Virus record (IMG/VR): IMGVR_UViG_2767802080_000001
Location: 25,770 to 89,769 of that record
Reading direction: 5' to 3' (one strand)
Source: a virus
Taxonomy: Duplodnaviria; Caudoviricetes
Length of the DNA stretch: 64,000 nt
A program made the position numbers and the translations under genes. How positions within the stretch are numbered: position 1 is the first letter of the stretch; every line of letters begins with the position of its first letter. The notes under the pieces are model-generated. The model had not been told where the DNA came from and made no database searches. It worked only from the letters and a program-made list of their open reading frames with translations. Of this stretch, positions 38,001-47,276 are shown in pieces.

Positions 38001-38838
38001 CTGGATCTTGTTCGACCAGCATCAGACGCCGGTCAACCCCGCCGAGCCCGGCCTCACCTTCGTGCCGTGCGAGGGGCGTGACAGCGAGTCGGTCATCCTG
38101 TGTGACTCGGCTGCCGTCCCGAACCGGTTCATCCGCACCTACACGTACACCACGGCGGGCGCGGTCGCCGGGTTCACGGACACCACCCTCGCGGGCGCCC
38201 CGTTCGTGCCCACGGGGGCGGTAGGGGTCTGCGCTCAGACCGTCCAGTCGGACACCGACTTTGTGGAGGAGGTGCTCTGCGACAGCAACGGCACCGCCTT
38301 CATCAGGCTGTTCCGGTTCAACTCGGCTACCGGGGCGCTGATCTCCACCACGAACACGACTCTCGCGGGCGCCGCGTTCGCCCCCGTCGGGACGGTCGGG
38401 GTGTGCTCCGACTGCTGCCCCAACGTCGTCGGGGAGGGCTGCACCAACACCGGCAGCGGCCGGTACACGGCGATCCGGGCCGTCAACGGCACCATCACCC
38501 TGATCGACTCCGTGTCCGGCGCCACGGTCCTCGCGGCGAACATCGTGCCGTGCTCGGACGACGACACCGTGCGGACGCTGACCGCTCAGGCCCGCGTCCT
38601 GACCAACGGCACGCCGTGGACGCCGGGCGGGGACGTGACGGGGACGCTGACTAGCCTCACCGTCACCGGCACGCTCGGCCTGTGGGATCTGGTCGACGCC
38701 GACGGCACGGTCGTGACGGGCCTCCCAGCCGGGCTCACGCTCACCTGGAACGCGGAAGACGACAACCAGCTGACCGGCCCCCAGAGCGTCACGCCACAGG
38801 TCGGCTCAACGGTCGTCGCCAACTGGACCCAGCGCTAG
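35074..38838 (+). CDS. Large FN3-like/repeat-rich virion decoration or fibre protein
   Basis: 1254 aa; GGPYT..FTGLxxxTTYY repeats and LCD..TLAG..PxGxVGxC repeats. Confidence 0.7.
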   Translation: MPSPNGYLSGFSYLVHDRQSFRTTLTHDINSPPWLPGQAGSYTLVWETGPTAVGPWTAAPLTDLGVGCTPQPDNETTVGGVTSTVVRIGDPTPGTGTTADTDYFVRVTILDPTDVQVDQWVLDSPAHTEAYPAFVCGGGATGETSADVFLGATAGQVNISAPCNEDTIVWELATTPGGPYTASPSEPVDGLSPGHTFTGLAAGTTYYWRGRLTEQAESGGEYLVSQECTFTTEAATAFTPECSAVGPFTTTSGRVASTADGVPADHTILLALGTAPGGPYTTLSPAAAGTGATNQPVIHTYTGLAPATTYYFRTEVRDAGDTVVESSTECSFTTAALPGPSPFDPQPCDAGAGADAVDVEQFVLCDLDAEGNLLGTALAVYEYDSEGNPTGAPTFVDPTTGAPYVAQGTLQPCPDAACLPPMQFCQTSTTTGPVDHPGRQYDITLPINPGFAVQSLQVDAVSHAAGITWEVDDPDGETFRQNLTTFMEGRVPAAATVTITNPNAGVPQVCGAAQPMTVHIECIRLDEDPPDLIELVYNGGQDLIQNPAYNEFPPLNPPVSQGNYGFHLLSRQDDPGPFPGNPPAGDVLCTSVANRGWETNDVGRTFEIWGQDVSNAQNTTPTPRGTPVQEITSDGPPPGGRSTIWQTFVAPASGNFIIRVVHGARDNGEQHRITLDNGDTNDAQNGDLIDDISNPPSVTSSGGPNPWTQFSQTIPLNGGSTYTLALSTNNPAGGARGGLFTDMRAFIDRPDLRATATTDDDTCVVTVDETTTNTTCSYWQPQCAGGTVVGWQKTDTGESLTNAEFWAQVPSPSCCLPDSGGDGGASSTLSNMLTSDIVCATVGGIPQNAIRVMVTDPSGGTLQTLFVGTDGAPIAPDTWTPGACTTSRYLADEILCDDNGPFLRKYVQSLDATNQAQVNSFRDFTLAGVSYTPVGTVGTCAPLDRDREVVCWTQNSTGDQVHTGTIRHDDSLPAPGWILFDQHQTPVNPAEPGLTFVPCEGRDSESVILCDSAAVPNRFIRTYTYTTAGAVAGFTDTTLAGAPFVPTGAVGVCAQTVQSDTDFVEEVLCDSNGTAFIRLFRFNSATGALISTTNTTLAGAAFAPVGTVGVCSDCCPNVVGEGCTNTGSGRYTAIRAVNGTITLIDSVSGATVLAANIVPCSDDDTVRTLTAQARVLTNGTPWTPGGDVTGTLTSLTVTGTLGLWDLVDADGTVVTGLPAGLTLTWNAEDDNQLTGPQSVTPQVGSTVVANWTQR

Positions 38839-38844
38839 CACGGT

Positions 38845-38880
38845 GCACAGGCGGGGCGCATGCGGGCGCCCCGCCTGTGC
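38845..38880 (+). terminator. Stem-loop
   Basis: 15-bp perfect stem gcacaggcggggcgc / gcgccccgcctgtgc. Confidence 0.65.
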
Positions 38881-38892
38881 GGAAGGAGAGCC

Positions 38893-40014
38893 ATGCCCGT
38901 ACCGTGCAACTGCTGTCCGATCGCCGGGCCCACGCGCTGCGCGCCCGGGGAGGTGCCGTTCTCCGCCGTCCAGATCTCGGCGAACCCGGCTGGCCTGCCC
39001 ATCACCAACCTCGCGTCCACCATCGACGGGACAGCGGGCGCCGATCTGTCCGGGTTCTCCCCGCCGGTCACCGAAGCACAGCTCGTCGCCAACCCCACGA
39101 CCGGCTTCGACTACCTGTTCGCGGCCCCCGTCGACAACCTCGTCCGACTCCGCTGGCACAACGGCGGCGGCGGCGTCCTGACCGATCAGGACGGCTTCGG
39201 CCTGATCACCGTCACGCTCCTCGACGCCGGACTTGCGCCGCTCTACACCACGCCGTGGGACCTCACCGCGCCGATCACTAACAATGCCGTCGTCCGCGAG
39301 CTGAACTTCCCCCCGGTGTCCGGCGTGGCCCGGGTCCGGTTCGACGGCTTCCACAAGCAGAACGTCGGGGTGATGGGCACAGGGTCACCGCTGCTGCGCC
39401 AGGTCGAGGCATTCACCAACGGGCCGGTGTTCCCCTGCCGGCGCAGGAACGGAACGCTGGAGTGGTACGACGAGGCGGGCAACCTCGTCCCCAACAGTGA
39501 GGTCGTGAGCTGCGACGGCCCTCAGCCGTTCATCCTCCCTGATCTGCACCTGGTGGGCGCGGCCTTCGGCGACGATCCGGGCGGCCTCGGCGAGAACCTG
39601 TGCAACGTCGTCCCGGCACCGTCCGCCTTCACCGGCTGGACGTTCAACGGGACCTGCTACGACCCGACCACGGGCGCCCCCACGATGGACTGGGCCCCGA
39701 CCTCCAGCGTCGTCATGGAGTACGACGAGCCGGTCGGCGCCCAGTCCGGCGGCGTCTTCATGCAGTTCTCCTCCCCGACGTTCGGCACCATCACCTGGCC
39801 GACGAACAACACGGACATGGCAGTCGGGGACGTCCGTGTCTCCAACGCGTTCGGAGGCGGCCACCGTGCCGTCCTGACGTACCTGTCCGGCCCGGCCGCC
39901 GGGAGCGCAGCAGGGACGATCCGCATGACCGGCGGGGCCAACCTGGGCGTCCACTTCGGCAACGTCTCCAACGCCGCGCCCATCCGCTTCCGGCTCGACT
40001 TCCAGACCGTCTAG
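38893..40014 (+). CDS. Beta-rich putative virion protein
   Basis: Starts MPVPCNCC; AAGGAG RBS. Confidence 0.65.
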   Translation: MPVPCNCCPIAGPTRCAPGEVPFSAVQISANPAGLPITNLASTIDGTAGADLSGFSPPVTEAQLVANPTTGFDYLFAAPVDNLVRLRWHNGGGGVLTDQDGFGLITVTLLDAGLAPLYTTPWDLTAPITNNAVVRELNFPPVSGVARVRFDGFHKQNVGVMGTGSPLLRQVEAFTNGPVFPCRRRNGTLEWYDEAGNLVPNSEVVSCDGPQPFILPDLHLVGAAFGDDPGGLGENLCNVVPAPSAFTGWTFNGTCYDPTTGAPTMDWAPTSSVVMEYDEPVGAQSGGVFMQFSSPTFGTITWPTNNTDMAVGDVRVSNAFGGGHRAVLTYLSGPAAGSAAGTIRMTGGANLGVHFGNVSNAAPIRFRLDFQTV

Positions 40015-40026
40015 GAGGACGCGACA

Positions 40027-41616
40027 ATGTCCACTTCGGGGGCATACACCCCGCCCGCTGCTCCTCCGTGCCCGTACCCGACGAGGATGACCCGGGCGCA
40101 GGCACTGGCACTCCGGGCGGCCGGGACGCTCGACGAGGATTGCGTCATCGTCATCACCGACGGCCCGACGATCGGCACGGCCGGGAACACGTCGGCGACT
40201 GAGATCGAGCTGAACCCGACCGGCCCGTCCGAGTTCGGCACGGCGGCGCGGGTGCACACCGCCTTCGATGACTCCGCGTGGGTGGGGACTTTCGACATCG
40301 ACCTCGGTACGGCCGGGTCCATCACCCGCCTGACGGACGCCTTCGGCAACACGGCCGTGGACACCGACGCGGACGCGCCGACCGTTCACACCCAGTGGCC
40401 CTGGCACCGGGGCTCGACCACCTTCCGGGACAACCGAGCCGAGAACGTCACGCTACCCGGGTGGGACGTGGCCACCGCCCCGGCGCTGAACAACACTCTG
40501 CGCCGGACCACGCTGGACAACTCCGGCAACTGGACGATCTCCGGCAACACGATCGACGGCGGGTCCACGGTCAACACCGTCACCCTCGGGTCCTCGGCCG
40601 GGGCAGCCCGGTCCATGACCAACAACACGATCGTCGGCGGCGCCGTGATCCGGGACAACGCGGGCGGGGCGGGTACCCGGTTCATCAGTACCTCGACGTT
40701 CCGCGACGGGTACGTCCTGGACATCGCGGCTACGAACACCTCCAACGTCTCCATCAGCGGTTCCACATTCGAGGGCCATAGCACCCAGCCGACCGATGCG
40801 GAGTTCGACGGGGCAGGCACCCGGACCATCGACAACTGCCGCGTGACCGCGAACCGCACGGCGCAGCAGTTCACCCTGCACGGGACTGGGGGAGTCGTCG
40901 CCCTCAACGATTCGGAGTTCCCCGGGGGCAGGGTCGTCCGCGATCCGGCGGCCACGGCGAACCTCAGTATTGCCGCGGGCACCACGTTGAACGGGGTGGT
41001 CACCCAGGCGGCCGGGGCGACCTCGGGCGCGCTCTCCGTCTCGAACTCCGTCCTCCAGTCTATCGGCACCGTGCTCACGCAGAACGGGCCCGGGGCAGTC
41101 ACCGTGCAGGACAGTTACCTGATCGGAGGGTCCGCCGCCAACTCGGCCTCCGCGACCCGTGGACTCACGGTCCAGTCGTCCACGCTCCAGAGCGGCACCG
41201 TGCAGCAGAACCGCACCGGGGGCACAGGGGCGGACAGCGTCCTGAACAGCTACGTCGAGGGGCAGGGGAACTGTGTCACCTTCAACGGGGCGGCGGACCC
41301 GGGCGGGTCGCAGACGCTGATGAACTCCGTACGGGTCACCGGACTGTCCTCGCTGGCACTGACCGACCCGGTCGGGTCCGGAGGGCCGGGGGCCGTGGTC
41401 ATGCAGGCGACGGAGATCACCGCAGGTACCGACGTGACCGGCCCGGCGGGCGTCGCCCTGGTGACGGACTGCCGCTTCTCCGGCGGGGCGGTCGTCAACC
41501 TCGGCGCGTTCGGCCATCAGAACACGATCATCGAGGGCGCGTTCACCCGAACCCTCAACGCCGCCAACGTAAACCGGCTGCTCAACAAGGCGTTCGACGA
41601 CGTCCTAGGCGTCTGA
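40027..41616 (+). CDS. Putative beta-helix virion protein
   Basis: 529 aa Thr/Gly/Asn-rich with periodic xNSxL/xNNTI repeats. Confidence 0.65.
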   Translation: MSTSGAYTPPAAPPCPYPTRMTRAQALALRAAGTLDEDCVIVITDGPTIGTAGNTSATEIELNPTGPSEFGTAARVHTAFDDSAWVGTFDIDLGTAGSITRLTDAFGNTAVDTDADAPTVHTQWPWHRGSTTFRDNRAENVTLPGWDVATAPALNNTLRRTTLDNSGNWTISGNTIDGGSTVNTVTLGSSAGAARSMTNNTIVGGAVIRDNAGGAGTRFISTSTFRDGYVLDIAATNTSNVSISGSTFEGHSTQPTDAEFDGAGTRTIDNCRVTANRTAQQFTLHGTGGVVALNDSEFPGGRVVRDPAATANLSIAAGTTLNGVVTQAAGATSGALSVSNSVLQSIGTVLTQNGPGAVTVQDSYLIGGSAANSASATRGLTVQSSTLQSGTVQQNRTGGTGADSVLNSYVEGQGNCVTFNGAADPGGSQTLMNSVRVTGLSSLALTDPVGSGGPGAVVMQATEITAGTDVTGPAGVALVTDCRFSGGAVVNLGAFGHQNTIIEGAFTRTLNAANVNRLLNKAFDDVLGV

Positions 41617-41653
41617 TCAACATCTGTCACTGATCTCGTTTCGGGGAAACACG

Positions 41654-42196
41654 ATGCCGCTCCACAGCACAGACTCGCTCGCCATCGAGACGGCCTCCGT
41701 TGCCGAGTCCCTCCCGGACCCGGCAACGGTCCCGTTCCGCACGCACGACCTGACGAACACAGGCAGCGCCACGGCCGTATGGACGGCCTCCGGGCCAGCG
41801 AGCCCCTTCACCATCGACGGTGTCCTCGCCGCCTCCCTCAGCATCCTGCGCGGCCGCTCGCGCCGCGTGCAGTCGGACGGGTCGACATGGATCGTCGCGC
41901 CGACCGCAGCCCGCCGGGTGTTCGCCGCCACGGCCGTCTCCGACGCGTCCGGGAACGCCGCGTTCACCTTCAGCCCGGCGTTCGCGGCGGTTCCGGTCGT
42001 AAGCGTCGGCCTGGCCACGACGAACACCAACGCCACGGAGGCCCGGGTCACGGCGCTGTCGGCGTCGTCGTGCACGGTGAACGTCCGCCAGTCCCCGGGC
42101 GTCGTGCTCCTCGGCGTCAGCGTGCTCCAGGTCCCACAGCCCCTCGCGGGGGCGACCGTCCACCTGCTCGCGATCGAGCCCGGCCAGGGGGTGTGA
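41654..42196 (+). CDS. Putative virion protein
   Basis: 180 aa; TFSPAF..VPVV tail-fibre-like C-terminus. Confidence 0.6.
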   Translation: MPLHSTDSLAIETASVAESLPDPATVPFRTHDLTNTGSATAVWTASGPASPFTIDGVLAASLSILRGRSRRVQSDGSTWIVAPTAARRVFAATAVSDASGNAAFTFSPAFAAVPVVSVGLATTNTNATEARVTALSASSCTVNVRQSPGVVLLGVSVLQVPQPLAGATVHLLAIEPGQGV

Positions 42197-42203
42197 GCGG
42201 CCC

Positions 42204-42857
42204 GTGACGGCGGCCATCCCGCGCCTCATCCACTGGATCTGGATCGGCTCACCGGTCCCGGCCCGGTTCGAGGCCTACCGGGACACCTGGGCCAGCGCGC
42301 ATCCCGACTGGGAGATGCGGGTGTGGACCGACGACAACCTTCCGCCCATGTACAACCAGCACCTCTACGACCAGGCCGCCGACTACGCGCCCGCGTCCAT
42401 GGTCGGCCAGTTCCGCGCTGACGTCCTGCGCTACGAGCTGCTGTGGCAGTACGGCGGCGTCTACGTCGACGCGGACTTCGAGTGCCTGCAGCCCATCACA
42501 CCGCTCCTGGACGGCATCGACGCGTTCGCGGCGTGGGAGACCGACGGCAGGCGCATCGCCAACGGCCTGATGGGCGCCGCCCGGAGCCATCGGTTCATCG
42601 GCCGGTTGATCACCGACCTGGAGGCGTCCGCGGCCCGGCACAAGGGCGCACGGCCCGCCATCTCCACCGGCCCCGCCTACCTCACCACCGCGTACCGCGA
42701 GCACCCCGGGGAGCTGGCCGTGCTCCCGTCCCGCCTCTTCTACCCATACCTGTGGAGCGAGCTCGACAGCCTGAAGGCGCGGCCGCCGTGGCCCGCGCAC
42801 TGCTACGCCGTCCATCACTGGCACAACCGCCGCAAGCACCGTGGAGAGGCGCCATGA
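42204..42857 (+). CDS. Glycosyltransferase, GT32/OCH1-like
   Basis: IPRLIHWIW, ADVLRYELLWQYGGVYVDAD (DxD), TGP. Confidence 0.9.
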   Translation: MTAAIPRLIHWIWIGSPVPARFEAYRDTWASAHPDWEMRVWTDDNLPPMYNQHLYDQAADYAPASMVGQFRADVLRYELLWQYGGVYVDADFECLQPITPLLDGIDAFAAWETDGRRIANGLMGAARSHRFIGRLITDLEASAARHKGARPAISTGPAYLTTAYREHPGELAVLPSRLFYPYLWSELDSLKARPPWPAHCYAVHHWHNRRKHRGEAP

Positions 42858-44272
42858 TCCGTGTCCCGCTGGCCGCGCACGGAGCCACCGTGCAGCTCGA
42901 CGTCGACCCGGGCGACCACATCGGCGCCCGCATCGCCCGCGGCCGCGACTGGTACGAGCGCGACCTCCTGGAGGACCTGCGCCACCGCGTACGCCGCGGC
43001 CGGACCGCGGTCGACGTCGGCGCCCACATCGGCAACCACACCTCGTGGCTCGCCGCTGTCTGCGGGCTGCACGTGGTCGCCCTCGAACCCAGCCCGCAGG
43101 CGCGCGCGCAGCTGCTCCGCAACGTCTTCCTGTCGCGGCTCGGCGAGCAGGTCGACGTGATCTGCGCCGCTGCCGGAGCCGAGAACGGCAGAGCCGTCAT
43201 GCAGGCAGGCCCTGCCGGCAACACGGGGATGGCCCGCGCAGCCGCCGACCCGTCCGGGGACGTACGGGTCCTCACCATCGACAGCCTCGGCCTGACGGAC
43301 GTAGGCCTGATCAAGATCGACGTGGAAGGCGGAGAGCTCGACGTCCTCCGCGGCGCCCTCAATACGATCCGCCGCGACCGGCCCGTCCTGTACGTCGAGA
43401 CCGCAGCCGACCGGCTCCCTGACGTCGATGCGCTCCTCGCCCCGCTCCGCTACGCCCGGTTCGGCCGGTACGCGATCACCCCTACCTACGGCTACGCCCC
43501 CACCGAGCATGGCCAGGTGCGCCTCAGTGCCGCGATCATGGCGCACCCCTCGCGGCAGCACTTCGTGCACCAGCTGGAGGACGACCTCGACGGCCCCGCC
43601 CGGGTGGTGTGGGACCGGCACAACGACCGCTGGGACACGGGCCGCCGCGCGCTCCTCGCGCACGACCCCGAGGCCACCCACCACCTCGTCATCCAGGACG
43701 ACGTACAGCCCTGCCGCGACCTGCTCGCCGGGTGCACGGAGCTCCTGGCCCACGTGCCTGCCGGGCACCCCGTGGCGCTCTACATGGGCCGCACCCGCAC
43801 CGCCCCCAGGTTCTCCATGGGGCACGTGGTCGAGGCCGCCCAGCGCAAGGCGGCGTTCGCCGCCTTCGAGGGCCCGTGGTGGGGGCAGGCCGTGATCCTG
43901 CCGACCAGCACTGTCCCGGCCGTGGTGGCTTTCGGCGACACTCACCCGCAGATCACCAACTACGACCACCGCATCGCCTGGTACTTCAACAGCATCCGCA
44001 TGGCCTGCTACTACACGATGCCCTCGCTGGTCGAGCACCGTACCGGTCCCGAGAACCCCTCGCTCTTGGACCACGGCAACGGCGAGGGGCGGCGCGCGGC
44101 GTGGCGGATCGGAGACGGTGAGGCGGCCACGGGCATCGACTGGGGGCGGGGCGTGGTGACGCCCGCTGACCTGCCGCCCCGGCTGCGCGGCGCCTTCCCC
44201 AGCACACCCAGCTACCCCGGGCTGCGCGGCTATGCTGGTCGGCAGCCGCTGGTTGTGGGCCGGGCCTCCTGA
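42854..44272 (+). CDS. FkbM-family methyltransferase fused to a glycosyltransferase-like domain
   Basis: DVGAHIGNH, LIKIDVEGGE; C-terminal IMAHPSR..VIQDD..PSLVEH. Confidence 0.82.
   Translation: MIRVPLAAHGATVQLDVDPGDHIGARIARGRDWYERDLLEDLRHRVRRGRTAVDVGAHIGNHTSWLAAVCGLHVVALEPSPQARAQLLRNVFLSRLGEQVDVICAAAGAENGRAVMQAGPAGNTGMARAAADPSGDVRVLTIDSLGLTDVGLIKIDVEGGELDVLRGALNTIRRDRPVLYVETAADRLPDVDALLAPLRYARFGRYAITPTYGYAPTEHGQVRLSAAIMAHPSRQHFVHQLEDDLDGPARVVWDRHNDRWDTGRRALLAHDPEATHHLVIQDDVQPCRDLLAGCTELLAHVPAGHPVALYMGRTRTAPRFSMGHVVEAAQRKAAFAAFEGPWWGQAVILPTSTVPAVVAFGDTHPQITNYDHRIAWYFNSIRMACYYTMPSLVEHRTGPENPSLLDHGNGEGRRAAWRIGDGEAATGIDWGRGVVTPADLPPRLRGAFPSTPSYPGLRGYAGRQPLVVGRAS
44231..44265 (+). promoter_or_regulatory. 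Late-gene element copy 2 (TATGCT + motif)
   Basis: Inside the 3' end of the FkbM gene, upstream of the tail tube gene. Confidence 0.8.
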
Positions 44273-44291
44273 TCAAAGGGAGGTACCCGGC

Positions 44292-44996
44292 ATGAGCTGC
44301 CCGCTCATCTCCAACGTCGAGAACATCCGCGTCACCCGCGTTGACTCCTGCGGTCGCCCCGTCTGCGGTGCCGACAACGCGTTCGTCCTCGAATGCCTTG
44401 CCAGCGTCTCCATGTCGCCCGACGTGGAGGAGGGCGAGGACATCGAGTACAAGGCAGCCAACGGCAAGGTCTGCGGCTTCAAGAGGGGCTGCCCGTCCTT
44501 CCGCGGCTACGAGGTCGAGGTCAACTTCTTCTCCGTCAGCCCGGAGTTCGTGGAGATCACCACGGGCAACCCGGTCGTCTTCGGCTTCGACGGACAGCCG
44601 ATCGGACACGACGACTGCTCCGTACAGTGCAACATCGGCTTCGCGCTGGAGCTGTGGGCGCCGATCCTGGGCGACGACATCTGTGACGCCAGCGGCCTGA
44701 ACGAGGGCAAGTGGATCTACATGCTGCTGCCGTGGATCACCAACGGCGTTCTGGGTGACCTGGAGGCAGGCTCCGAGGCCGTGACGCTCGTCCTCCAGGG
44801 CGCCACACGCAGCGGCGGCGGCTGGGGCATCGGCCCCTACGACGTCCTGGAGCAGGACGCCGCGCTGACGCCGGGGCCGCTCCTGACGCCGCTGGGAAAC
44901 ACCTGCCACCGGCGGGTCATCCAGACGCAGATCGCCCCACCGACACCGGGCTGCGACTACGTGGACGTCACGGGCGGCGTCTGCCTGGCGTCCTGA
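44292..44996 (+). CDS. Major tail (tube) protein
   Basis: 234 aa; RVTRVDSCGRP..EEGEDI..ANG; position before tail chaperones and tape measure. Confidence 0.7.
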   Translation: MSCPLISNVENIRVTRVDSCGRPVCGADNAFVLECLASVSMSPDVEEGEDIEYKAANGKVCGFKRGCPSFRGYEVEVNFFSVSPEFVEITTGNPVVFGFDGQPIGHDDCSVQCNIGFALELWAPILGDDICDASGLNEGKWIYMLLPWITNGVLGDLEAGSEAVTLVLQGATRSGGGWGIGPYDVLEQDAALTPGPLLTPLGNTCHRRVIQTQIAPPTPGCDYVDVTGGVCLAS

Positions 44997-45715
44997 TGGG
45001 CCACCAGGAGCTGCCCGACATCGTCGTGCCGGTGCGGCCGGGCGCTGTGAACCAGCAGCTTCGGTTTGCGCTGCGCTCCTGGTCCTCGAACCTGCCTCAC
45101 CGGCAGGTGTGGATCGTCGGCCACCTCCCCCACTGGGTGGCCGACGTCCGCCACATCCCGCTGGAGCAGCGAGGCACGAAGTACGCGAACACCACGGCGG
45201 CCGTTCGGGCGGCCTGCGAGCACCCGGACGTCGCGGAGAACTTCCTGCTGTGCAACGACGACTTCTTCGTCATGCAGCCGCTGCCCGCCGGCATGCCCGC
45301 CCTGCACCGCGGCCCGGTCCGGGAGGTGGAGCAGCACTACGTGGCCCGCGGCTCCGGCCCGTACCTGCGGGGGATGCGCGAGACGCGCGACCTGCTGCGC
45401 GAACACGGGCACGACGACCCGGTCAGCTACGAGCTCCACGTGCCGCTGCCGGTGACGAAGACGGGGATGCTCAAGGCCCTCGACATCGGCCACCACCTGG
45501 ACGTGCTCCACAAGCGCACGGCCTACGGCGTCCTCGCCGGGATCGGCGGCGAGCAGATCGAGGACGTCAAGATCCTCCACCGGGGCCCGCGCGGCTTCGG
45601 CGAGGAGAGCGCGTTCCTGTCGACCATGCCCGACAGCTTCGCCAACGGCCGCGTCGGCAACCTCATCCGGGCCGCCTTCCCCCTGGCCTGCCGGTACGAA
45701 CGAGGCGGACGCTGA
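44996..45715 (+). CDS. Stealth-family-like phosphoglycosyltransferase
   Basis: LRFALRS..PHW..FLLCNDDFF..ELHVP resembles Stealth conserved regions. Confidence 0.65.
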   Translation: MGHQELPDIVVPVRPGAVNQQLRFALRSWSSNLPHRQVWIVGHLPHWVADVRHIPLEQRGTKYANTTAAVRAACEHPDVAENFLLCNDDFFVMQPLPAGMPALHRGPVREVEQHYVARGSGPYLRGMRETRDLLREHGHDDPVSYELHVPLPVTKTGMLKALDIGHHLDVLHKRTAYGVLAGIGGEQIEDVKILHRGPRGFGEESAFLSTMPDSFANGRVGNLIRAAFPLACRYERGGR

Positions 45716-46515
45716 TGCCCCTACAGACCGATGTGTGCGACCCGTGGCCCATCGACCTCACCTGCTGCGACCTGTCCGACGACACGAGCCCGGAGACCAT
45801 CGAGCGCTGGCAGAAGGTGGCCTCGATCCTCCTGTTCCGGCTGTCCGGCAGGCGGCTCGGCCCGTCGTGCCCCGTGACCGTCCGGCCGTGCCGCAGACAG
45901 TGCCTGGAGGCCCTGCCGTGGCTCACCCCGTACTGGGGCGCGGTCGGCCCGTGGATCCCGTACCTGAGCGACGGCGTGTGGCGGAACGCGTCGGTGTGCG
46001 GGTGCCGGGGCGACTGCTCCTGTGAGGAGCTGTGCGAGATCCGGCTCGACGGGCCGGTGTACGACATCGTGTCGGTGCAGGAGGGGCCCGAGACGCTGCC
46101 CGACACCGCGTACCGCGTCGACGGCTCGGGGACGCTGCTGCGCACTGACGGTGAATGCTGGCCGGACTGCCAGGACATGGCCGCGGCCGAGGGCGAGGAG
46201 GACACCCTCACGGTCACCTACCGCACCGGCCTGCCCCTCGACGAGGCCGCGGTCGCCGCCGTCAGCGCGCTCACCTGCCACCTCATCAAGGGCTGCGGCA
46301 CAGGCGCCTGCGGCTGCAAGGCCAACCGGAACCTGACCCGCCTCAACCGGCAGGGCACGGAGTACGAGTTCGCCGACCCCACCCTGGTCTACAGCGAGGG
46401 CCGGACCGGCATCCCTGACGTCGACCTGTGGCTGGTCACCGTCAACCCGCACCGGCTCGCGTCGCCCTCGCGCGTCTACTCGCCCGACTTCCCCCGGCCC
46501 CGGCTGGTGCGCTGA
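45715..46515 (+). CDS. Cys-rich head-tail adaptor-like protein
   Basis: LFRLSGRR, RQG..GIPDVDLW; 17 Cys by my count. Confidence 0.7.
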   Translation: MPLQTDVCDPWPIDLTCCDLSDDTSPETIERWQKVASILLFRLSGRRLGPSCPVTVRPCRRQCLEALPWLTPYWGAVGPWIPYLSDGVWRNASVCGCRGDCSCEELCEIRLDGPVYDIVSVQEGPETLPDTAYRVDGSGTLLRTDGECWPDCQDMAAAEGEEDTLTVTYRTGLPLDEAAVAAVSALTCHLIKGCGTGACGCKANRNLTRLNRQGTEYEFADPTLVYSEGRTGIPDVDLWLVTVNPHRLASPSRVYSPDFPRPRLVR

Positions 46516-47099
46516 TGGCCCTCCCGCCCCTGGCCATCGACGCCCTCGCCGAGACCCTCCTCGGCTGTGTCTGCCAGACCCTCAACGACACCGCGGCGCT
46601 CGTCGAGGGGCAGCCGGGCTGTCCCTGCCGCGCCTGCCTCGTTCCCGGCACCCCGGCCTGGGACTCCTGTGAGGACCCGTGCGGCAATCCCCAGGACGGG
46701 GCCGGTGGACAGCTCACCGTGTCCCTCGCCCGCATCCTGACGGCGCCCGACCTCGGCGGCGCCCGCACCCCGACCATCCTCGGCGCCCGCTCCTGCCCGG
46801 CGCCGACGATGTCCGCCGAGCTGGTCGTCACCCTGCTGCGCTGCGCCCCGTCCTCCGACGAGGAGGGATGTCCGCCCACCTGCGAGCAGCTGGCCGCCGC
46901 AGCGCGCGTGCTGCACGTGGACGCCACCAGCGTGCACAACGCCCTCGTGTGCTGCTTCCCGCAGACCGGGCCGCCGTCCCGCCGCTACCGGTACACCCTC
47001 GGCCAGCTGACCGTCCTGGGGCCGGAAGGCCAGTGCGTCGGTGTCGAGCAGCGTGTCACCATCGCCCTCCCGAACTGCGCATGCCCGGAGGAATCATGA
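46515..47099 (+). CDS. Cys-rich neck/tail completion-like protein
   Basis: 194 aa, 16 Cys by my count; coupled to upstream gene. Confidence 0.65.
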   Translation: MALPPLAIDALAETLLGCVCQTLNDTAALVEGQPGCPCRACLVPGTPAWDSCEDPCGNPQDGAGGQLTVSLARILTAPDLGGARTPTILGARSCPAPTMSAELVVTLLRCAPSSDEEGCPPTCEQLAAAARVLHVDATSVHNALVCCFPQTGPPSRRYRYTLGQLTVLGPEGQCVGVEQRVTIALPNCACPEES

Positions 47100-47266
47100 G
47101 GATCAGCGAGCTCGTGTCCACCCTCACCGAGATCCAGACCGAGTGGGGCGACCTGAAGGTGATGGTGGCCAGGAGCCATAACGGCCACTTCGAAGCCAGG
47201 AGGGTCGAATTGGGAGAGGTGCGCGACCCGCACGACCCGCAGCTGCTCGCCCTCATCGAGATGTAG
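47096..47266 (+). CDS. Small hypothetical protein
   Basis: MRISELVSTL..WGDL; GGAGG RBS. Confidence 0.55.
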   Translation: MRISELVSTLTEIQTEWGDLKVMVARSHNGHFEARRVELGEVRDPHDPQLLALIEM

Positions 47267-47276
47267 AGGGGCTGGG

